Assembly (NCBI RefSeq): GCF_009914755.1
Contig: NC_060940.1
Direction: 5' to 3' (one strand)
Length of the DNA stretch: 64,000 bases
Source: the human T2T-CHM13v2.0 reference genome, Homo sapiens
Every line of letters starts with the position of its first letter. The first letter of the stretch is position 1. Positions 55,340 through 64,000 of the stretch are shown piece by piece. The notes beneath the pieces were generated by a model. The model worked only from the letters and a program-made list of their open reading frames with translations, was not told the origin of the DNA and searched no databases. The position numbers and the translations under genes are program-made.

Positions 55340-56260
55340 TTAATTAATCTGCAGGAGAAAGAAGGGCAAGGTACTATGAACTTTAATTAAACACATATCC
55401 CACATCCAGGTGCCAGTCAGGGAGCTGCGATTTAATTTGCTGCTGAATGCACTTTTGAATAAAGGGCCTAGAAGATGCAGTCTCGAGGAACCGAGGCCGG
55501 TTAGAGACAGGCTGGCAGCTTTGCCTCCTCTCCCAAGACAAAGGCCTCCCCGCCCCCCTAAATCCAGCACACAATCAGCTGCTCTCCCTCCCCCTATTCT
55601 CAGCAGGAGAGTCAGGATGCATATTTCTTTAAGGGATGCTGTTGAGTTTCTTCTGGTGGAGCGAAGGATTTGTAGCAAAACCCAGCATGTAACTCGAGTG
55701 TTCTGTGAAGCCAGATATTGGTGCCAAGCTAAATTTGTGCGTGCAGCTTCTGTTTAAGGCAATTATATAGTGTGTAATACCCAGTAGAGAAATTAAGTCG
55801 AAGTACATTTTGCCCATAGAGATTATCCTCTCAGTTGGATTTATTTTAAACAAGTTTTGCCCCTTATACATTAAGGTGCATGCAATAAATCACTTATGTA
55901 ATAAACTACTCTATATTATGTGGGAAAAAAAAAAGGAGCTGGTGGCAGGGGGAGAGACTTCAAATTGAGCCAGACCTCAGGCATGAAGGGAGGGGAGAGA
56001 GGGGGAAATGTGGAGGAAGGGGGCGTTTGTGCAGTGGGAAGTTGGAGAAAGTACAAATGAAAGCCTCTCTGCAGTGAACCTCATGACTGCTTTAGAGAGG
56101 TGCTTATGTAATAACTGCAGTGGTGTCGCTTTAGAAAAAGTTACAGAGCTTGTCTTTCTAGAGCAACCTCTTGGCTTATCTTAATTACCAGCAGTCCATA
56201 GTGAGACTGGAGGGAAGAAAAAAAGATGTAAGCTTTTATTAAATAGAAGAAAATCAGGGG
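55340..56260. promoter_or_regulatory. Candidate enhancer with TAATTA motifs and two D-box cores
   Basis: attaattaattaat, ctttaattaaa; cttatgtaataa at 55893 and 56103. Confidence 0.4.
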
Positions 56261-56354
56261 CAGAGGACAGAGGGTGTGATTAGGGGTCTGGGGTAACCAC
56301 AAATCTGGGCAACTGGAATTTATTGTAATGGTAAATTACACTAATAATAATCTG

Positions 56355-56836
<482 letters not shown>

Positions 56837-56854
56837 GCCATAGCAGAACTAAAG

Positions 56855-57122
56855 TGATGATGATGATCACAGCAGATCAGTTATTTTGAGCTCTGACTTT
56901 GCATGAGGCCCTTTATTAAGTGCTTCACTTGTGTGATCTGATTTAATCTTCACAAGCAAACTGGGACAGAGGGACTGTGCCTATTCCCATTTCACAGAGG
57001 TGAAAACTGACACTTAGTTTTCACCCGGGTTCTCCCTGTCTATAAGGGGAAAAGACAGGGTTCACACCAAGGCCTGTCTGGATCCAAAACCCATGCTCAT
57101 AATCACTAAGTTATACTACCTC
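56855..57122 (-). mobile_element. MIR
   Basis: atttaatcttcacaa...attcccatttcacagagg...aaacccatgctcataatcact. Confidence 0.85.
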
Positions 57123-57687
57123 TTCGAGATGCTGATTTGGAAAATAACTCCATGATGAAACATGTCAAGGGAGACTGCCTGTACTCCGTAATGCAGAAAT
57201 GCATTAGAGCTCAAAAATCTATGCTGTTTAGGAAAGAAAAATGATATCGCTCAGAAAATCATTTAAAAACTTCCTGGTGAATGCACCCAGCTCGCCAATG
57301 CATGCCAGCCACAGGGCCTCACAGCACATTTCAGGAGCAAGACAATTCAGACCCCACTCTTCCCCCTGAAAAACCTCCTTCCAGAACCCTCTTTTGCAGT
57401 GAGCAGAGAGAAGCCTCTCCAATTTACATGTTTGTCATTCTCTAACTTTGAGAGCCCAATAAAACTAAGTGCTTAGTGAGAATCAGACATGGATAAGCTG
57501 CTTGTAATTTATGATTTAATGCAGCATAGTATAAAAATAGGCAATGAAACTGAAAGGCAATCAAAGTCTATTGTCACAAGGAATGGGAGGAACGGGGACG
57601 TGATCTAACATTTGCTGAGATCCTGCTGTATACCGGGAACAGAACATATATGGTTTCATTTCATCCTCCCATTATCACCGTAAGGCC

Positions 57688-58212
57688 TCTTCCGCTTATC
57701 TATTACTGAGTAACAAGGTGTACCCCTCAATTTACTGGCGTAAAACGACAACAGTTTTATTACATCTCATGATTTTCTGGGTCAGGACTCTGGATAGGGT
57801 TTGGCTGGTTGAGTCTCCTCTTGCAGTGGCTGTTGATGGAGGTCATTTAGTGGAATCCAGTTGGCAGGAGAGCTGGCCTTGGAGGGTCTAGGATGGCTTT
57901 TGTCACATGTCCAGGGCTTTGTCAGGTTAGCAGGGCAGGGAGGGCTCAGCTGGTCTCAGCTCGTGGCTGCTCCAGCACCGTGGTCTCAGGGTGATTGGAT
58001 TCTTGTAGGGCAGCTGTTTCAGCTACACAGCAGAAGTGGCACGGCCTTTTCTGACTTAGTCTCAGAAGGCAGAGGGTGTCACTTCCACTGCATCTTTGGG
58101 GAAGGCAGTCACCACTGTATAGTCCTGAGCTCACTGGGATTAAGGGGAAGGGACACAGACTCCACTTCTCGATGAGAGGAGAAGCGAATTGATGGGCAGA
58201 TTTTATCACTGT
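57688..58212 (-). mobile_element. MLT1H-type LTR
   Basis: tctattactgagtaacaa...tctgggtcagga...ggatggct...gtcacttccactgcat...gactccacttctcgatg. Confidence 0.85.
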
Positions 58213-58269
58213 CCTGGGGCCTTTGCTCTTTGCCCTTCCCTTTGCCAAGAAAGTTCCCTGTACTCTGCA

Positions 58270-58545
58270 ATGCTGAGTACTTCTCATCCTTCAGGTCTAC
58301 TGCAAGTGTCACCTGGCCAACACACCATGCCTTCCCAGTCTCTGGTGTTACTGTCTGCATACTGTAGACCATCATCTTGTTTGCATACTTGTCTGTTATC
58401 TCTTTATCATCCGTCTACCCACATCAGGCAATTCCAAGAGAGAAGACCACTGGTTTTGTTTGATCTAGTCCCTGTTGAGTCCCTGTGCACCTTCAGAACC
58501 ACATCTAGCAATAGAAGGCGCTGCACGGGGAATTCTGGAATGAAT
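58270..58545 (+). mobile_element. L2 3' fragment
   Basis: ttctcatccttcaggtct...tgtcacct...gaatgaataaa. Confidence 0.55.
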
Positions 58546-59668
58546 AAAAACGCTTGGCAGTACCGCATGGCGAGCCAGTACCCGTGAATGCTACTTCCTC
58601 CAAAGAGAATTCCTGGGATAACAGAGAATCCATTCATGGCTGCCAGGAGGACTTGGATATTTCTCATTTTCCATTGGCCCTGGAGTGGAGGAACAGAGCC
58701 GAAAAGTACGTGGGGGGCAGGCAAAGCTGCGGTCAGAGGCAGACCCTGTTGGTGTTGGCCGTGTCAACCAGCTTTGCTGGTTTCTATTATAGCCCTGGTG
58801 TGGCAAAGGACACTGTGTGACTGTGAGCTCAGGTCAGCATTGCGATCCCTTCAGGCCTCTGGCTTGCAGGTTCCTGTTCAACCCTCTTAAATATGCTTTT
58901 GAAGCCCGTACGTTCGGTCCACGCCAACTCCTGTTTATACTGGTGCGAAGTGATGCCTGCTCAGATTCTGGGCGTTTCACGGGAAGGTATTAAATGTGTT
59001 TTGAAAATACTTGAAAGTCCAGCTGTGTATGCTTTATTTTATATTTAGCCTTAAATTAGAGACTCCATATACCTCAAGTAATAAAAAGGCACAGCAGGCA
59101 CTTGGGTTTTCCCTCAGCTTGCTGGGGCCGTGCACCTATGTGAGATTTTATTATTTGTAATTTTGGGGGGGTTAATTTCACAGCTTAATTCTGGCCTTTA
59201 TGCGTTTAGAGCTCCCCTCTTGTGTTTCAGAAAGGAGGAGTTGTTGTTTTCTTTTCACTTGAGTTTAATAAATGAAAAAGGGGAAGGGAGAGGGAAGGAA
59301 GAGGAAAAAGCACAAATGTGCTTGTTTTTGGATCAGCCCCTCTACTGGGCACATGGATGCAGTCAGTCCTCAATGTACCCCAGGAAAGAGGAAACTGAGT
59401 CTCCATGTGGCTTTCTGTCTGGCCTTTCTCTTTTGCTTGCCTTGTGCTTTGAATGCAGGCCTGCTGTTTGCCTGTGGACCTCAGGATTTGTAAGGCCATC
59501 TCCACCCACCTACAGCTAAGTTTCCCAAGAGCCGATCTCCAGCCGAAGTCCAAGGTTCCTTGATGACCCCTGGGAGGAGATGCAACACAGAGTTTCCTAG
59601 AATCATTTACTCCCCAGGCTAAGCACAGTCACAGAAATGAGGTAGCTGTAGCCAAGGATGATGGCATA

Positions 59669-60105
59669 GCACATTCGTTTCTTAGGCGTGCCACGTACTA
59701 GGTGGCTTCAGTCAGCAGAACTGTATTTTCCCACAGTTTTGGAGGCTCAAATTTGCAAGTCGAGGTTTCGGCAAGGCCATCCTCTCTCTGAAAACTCTAT
59801 GGGGGCGTCCTCTTTGCCTCTTCCCGGCCTGTAGGTATTTCCTGGCAACCTTTGGTGTTTGGGGCATGTTGTCACCTCATTGCCATCTCTGCCTCTGTCT
59901 TCTCACCACCATCTTCCTTGTCCATGTCTCTCTATGTCTTCAATGTTGTTCTTATAAGGACACCAGTCCTTGGATTTAGAGCCCACCCTAATTCACTGTA
60001 ATCACATCTTACCTAAGTCCATCTGCAAAGACCCTATTTCCAAATAAGGTCACATTCTGAGGCCCTGGGGGGACATGCATTTTAGGGACCCTTTCAGGCC
60101 ACCAT
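59669..60105 (-). mobile_element. MLT1C/B-type LTR
   Basis: cttataaggacaccagtc...ggatttagagcccacccta...ctgcaaagaccctatttccaaataaggtcacattctgagg. Confidence 0.92.
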
Positions 60106-60264
60106 ATATGGATTCCAGAGTGACCAGTAGAACATTGCTCAGGCCAAGAGAGAAACCCAACCTTGGTGAAGTTGCATGAGAACAGAAGGCAGCCCTGGTC
60201 CCTGGGAGAAACCCATCCATACTCTGGTTACCCACTGGCCATTCCTGGGGACAGGCGGCAGGTG

Positions 60265-60780
60265 TTTAGTCCCCTCTCTGCAACCATTTGCGGTCACCTC
60301 TTATGTGCTAGGCCTGGTGCTCAGCGCTGAGTGAACCCATATCAACAAGGCATGGTCACTGCGCTAGGGAAGTCCCTGGTCCAGTGGGGTGAGGGTGGCA
60401 GTGGCTGGCAACAAAGACAATGAGCGCTGAGATTGAACTACAGAAAGCAGAAGATGGGGTGACAAGTTTGGCCTGCGGCAGGAAAGACTTCCCAGTCTTT
60501 AAGGATAAGTGGCATTTGATGAGTTGCACAAAGAGGAGACCTGTCCTGGGAATGGAGGAGAAGATGTGAAGCGCGGGAAGTCCAGGGACACACAGCCGTG
60601 CAGAGACCCGGGGGCCTCAGCAGGTTAGAGTGTCTGCATGGCACCGGCAGAGGATGAAGACAGGGCTGGGGAGGGGCATGGGGTTAGCCTAACAAGGGCA
60701 TCAGGTGCCAGGTTAGAGTTTCGGTTTCTAAGCTGTAGATAACAAAAATTTCTTGAATGCTTTTAGCCCCTGATCTGAGT
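60265..60780 (-). mobile_element. L2 fragment
   Basis: ttatgtgctaggcctggtgctcagcgctg...ggaaagacttcc. Confidence 0.65.
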
Positions 60781-60833
60781 TACGCTTTTTTTTTTTCCTT
60801 CCATTTTCCATCCAACAGACATTTGTGAGGCAC

Positions 60834-61344
60834 TGTATTTGTTTTCAATTGCTGCTGTAACCAATGATTACAAATGTACCGTCTTAAAAACCTAAATGTA
60901 TTATCTGACAGTCCCATAAGGCAGGAGTCCAACACAGGTCTCACTCGGCTAAGATCCAGGTGTAGGTGGGGCTGGGCTTTTTCTGGAGGCCCTAGAGGGC
61001 AGCTTGTACCCTTGCGTCTTCCGTTTCTTAGAGGTTGCCCATCTTCATGGACTCAGGGTCCCTTTCCTCCATCTTCAAAGCCAACAGCACCTGGCTGAGT
61101 CTTTCTCATGCTGGCATCCTTCTGGCTCTCTCTTCAGATTCCCTCTTCCACTTTAAGGACCTTTGTGATAGTTTTGCACCCACTGGATGACCCAGAATCA
61201 TCTTCCTCTTTTAAGATCAGCTGATTAGCAACGTCAGTTCCACCCACAATCTTCATTTCCCTTTGTCGCGTAACCTAACATATTCACAGGTTCTGGTGAG
61301 TGGGATGGGGGTATCTCTAGGGGACCATTATCCAGCCTTCCACA
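60834..61344 (-). mobile_element. MLT1D solo LTR, within L2
   Basis: tgtatt...cctccatcttcaaagcca...gatcagctgattagcaac...ttccaca; perfect 5-bp TSD ggcac at 60829-60833 and 61345-61349. Confidence 0.93.
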
Positions 61345-61800
61345 GGCACTTTGTCACAGGCCAGGCGCTATGCCAAGCAGAGAGGTCACAATAGCAAATG
61401 ACACAGACAAGATCCTTGCACTTCCAAAACTTATGTTCCAGTGAGGGTGAAGGGCGTTGAAGAAGTCAACGAGAAAGTCAAGTTTTTACAGTAAGTGTAA
61501 GTTGTGTGGGTGAAATAAAAAAGGTTCTTTGCTGGAGAATAACAAAGGGAGGGACTTACATAAATAGAGTAATCAGGGGAGGGCCCCTGAGAAACTCTAA
61601 AACATGAGGAAAGGGCTCATGATGTGAAGAACTGGAAAGGTGTTCCAGGCAAAAGGAATGGCAAACACAGTGGCCCTGAGACACTCAGAGAAATCACTCA
61701 GGCTGCCTTCGAAAGGATGTATTGGAGAAGATGAGGCCAGGGGATTGTTAGTAACTGTTGCAAGGATCCGGGAGAAAGATGATGAAGGCCTTGTAGGGCA
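61345..61800 (-). mobile_element. L2 (host of the MLT1D)
   Basis: gccaggcgctatgccaag...gttccaggcaaaaggaatggcaa...gaaggccttgtagg. Confidence 0.75.
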
Positions 61801-62210
61801 AGCTGGATAAGAGCACCCAAAATATCCATAACCGAATCCCCACTACATAGGCATGCTACTTTATATGGCAAAAGGGAATTTGCAGAAGCTAAGCACTTTA
61901 AAATTATTATCTCCTTAAACCTCACTGCAGAGTTATAAGGAAAGCACTATTATCAGATGAAGAAGTAGATTTCATCAAGTGACTCACCCGGTATCATATA
62001 GCTGCTTAGCGGCAAAACCAGGATGTGAATGGAGAGGTCTTTCTCGGATACCAAAGCTATTTAATATTTATCATTGACTAATAATGGTAGAGAAAGTAAT
62101 CATCATAACCTCTGCCCTTTATTAGTCACTCATGGTGTCACAAGCCCTTTACAAAGCACTTTGCATGCAAATGATTCCTCATAACAACCTTGGGAGGTAG
62201 TTACTTTCAT

Positions 62211-62835
62211 TGTATTAGCTATCTCTTGCTGTGTAAGAAATTACCACAAATTTAGTATATTTGTTATCTCATAGCTCCATAGGTTAAAAGTCCTGGTTCA
62301 GGCTGGGACTTCTGCTCAGGGTCTCATGAGGCTGAAATCAAAGCGTCAGCCAGGGATGGGGTCTTATCAGAGGCCCTTGGTTATTAACAGAATTCATTTT
62401 CTTGTAACTGTAGGACTGAGGTGCTTGTTTTCTTGCTGGCTGTTGACTGAGGGCCCCTTGCAGCCCCTAGAGGCTATTCTCAGGCTCTCAGGCCCTATCC
62501 ACAGATGACCTCACAACATGACTGTTGGCTTCTTCAAGACTGAAGGAGGCTCCCCCATGCTCTGAGTCACTCTCTTCAGCGAGGGCCCAGCCCCTTTTAA
62601 GGGCCTAGCGATTAGATCAGTCCCACTTAGGATTGAATCCCTTTTGATTAATGCAAAACCAACTGCGTTCAGGCCTCCATGACATCTGCGAAATTCCTCC
62701 CCCTTTGCTTGGTAGCCTAACTCACTCAGGGGGGCAAATTATCCCATCATATTCACAGTTGCCGCCCACACTCAAGAGAGGGGATTCTATAGGAAATGGA
62801 AGTCTTGGGGGCCATCTTGAATCCTGACTACCATA
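62211..62835 (-). mobile_element. MLT1E-type LTR, inserted in a MIR
   Basis: tgtattag...cagaattcattttcttgtaactgtaggactgagg...ggggccatcttgaatcctgactaccata; MIR halves at about 62095-62210 and 62840-62940. Confidence 0.88.
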
Positions 62836-63746
62836 GTCTGTGAAATCCCCATTTCACAGATGTTGAAACTGAGACTTAGAAGCATTATGCACCATGCCAA
62901 AGGCCATGGAAGGACAGAGCTTGGGCATGCTCCCAACACCAGGTCATACTGATGTCACTCTCCCTACTCCCTTCACTCCCTCCAGCACCTGGCCTTCACC
63001 TGAAGGTGCTGACCTTGCTGTTTGTTGGTTTCAGCAAACAAAGGGAGATCACAGCACCTGTCCCAGGCCTTGTCTTCCAGCCCCACAAACGTGCACCTGC
63101 AGCCGGAGACCAGGGGGCCCCGATCAGGTGGCAGGGCCTTTAATTGGAGCCACGTTTGTATAATGAGCAGCACACACACAAAGGCGAGCTAAAAATGTCT
63201 CCACCCTTCTAAATATGGGATGCCTTGGCCAGGTATTGAGTCAGCTCTGTGACGCCAGTGCAATTATCCCGATTCAGCATCAGATTTATTCACCATTAAA
63301 CATGTTCTAACTTGATTGCAAACAAGCCTTGTATTATTTAGAGGGATCCACGGAGCTGGCAGAGGGGGCAGAGGTGTCCGCAGGCCTCCTGCCCTTCCAG
63401 GCTTAATGGATGATCATCTTCCCTGCTAAAAAGGCCCATTCACTAGGTGAGTGATGTGGAACTGTTTAATGAAAGCAGGAAGATGATGTGAATGCCAGTT
63501 CACTTGAGTGTTACAAACGGTTTGGGCACTATAGCCTTAAAGTTTCTCCTGCTCTTTGCAGATGAATGAAGGGGCGCTTTCTGGAATCTTTGTGGCTGGG
63601 GCTGCTGCTCTGCACTGCTGTGGCTCTTTTTCACAAATGCTTATGGAGCTCTAACTGGGGGCAAGGAACTGTGCTACGGTTGGGAAGAGAGGAGTGGGCA
63701 AAAGGAGACACTGGGGCTTCTGTGACTTTAGAGGCCCATCATCAAA

Positions 63747-64000
63747 TTTTCTTTTTTTTTTTTAGATGGACTTTCGCTGTGTCACCTAGGCTGGAGTGTA
63801 GTGGTGCGATCTCGGCTCACAGTAACCTCTGCCTCCTGGGTTCAAGCGATTCTCCTGCCTCAGCCCATAGGCACATGCCACCACACCTGACTAATGTTTG
63901 TATTTTTGGTAAAGACAAGGTTTCCCCATGTTGGCCAGCCTTGTCTTGAACTCCTGACCTCAGGTGATCCACCCACCTCAGCTTCCCAAAGTGCTGGGAT
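63747..64000 (-). mobile_element. AluS (internal deletion; runs off the window end)
   Basis: Antisense Alu lacking the tcccgagtagctgggatt segment. Confidence 0.95.

Overview
Primate (most likely human) non-coding genomic DNA, probably a large intron or gene desert. I find no protein-coding exon, structural RNA gene, CpG-island promoter or prokaryotic feature. The ORF track is explained by Alu/LTR/simple-repeat ORFs and chance, apart from two transposon-derived coding remnants (THE1A internal ORF; pogo/Tigger transposase C-terminus). A large part of the window is interspersed repeat: 22 Alus, MIR/L2/L3/L1M fragments, MaLR/ERVL LTRs and hAT/TcMar DNA transposons, with several nested insertions that retain target-site duplications (TSDs). 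Between them lie transposon-free stretches dense in homeodomain/SOX/GATA/MEIS-type motifs (about 1.4-2.0, 11.4-12.7, 26.5-28.9, 46.8-52.1 and 55.3-56.3 kb). These look like conserved developmental enhancers, but this is inference because conservation cannot be computed here. Notable small structures are a 21-bp VNTR with a CpG gradient and UGCAUG motifs, a DUX4-motif THE1A LTR, palindrome clusters, a T23A14 inverted repeat and inverted Alu pairs. I found no support for a novel multi-gene system, and I cannot identify the locus from sequence alone. Repeat subfamily calls were made by eye from remembered consensus sequences; boundaries are approximate unless a TSD is cited.
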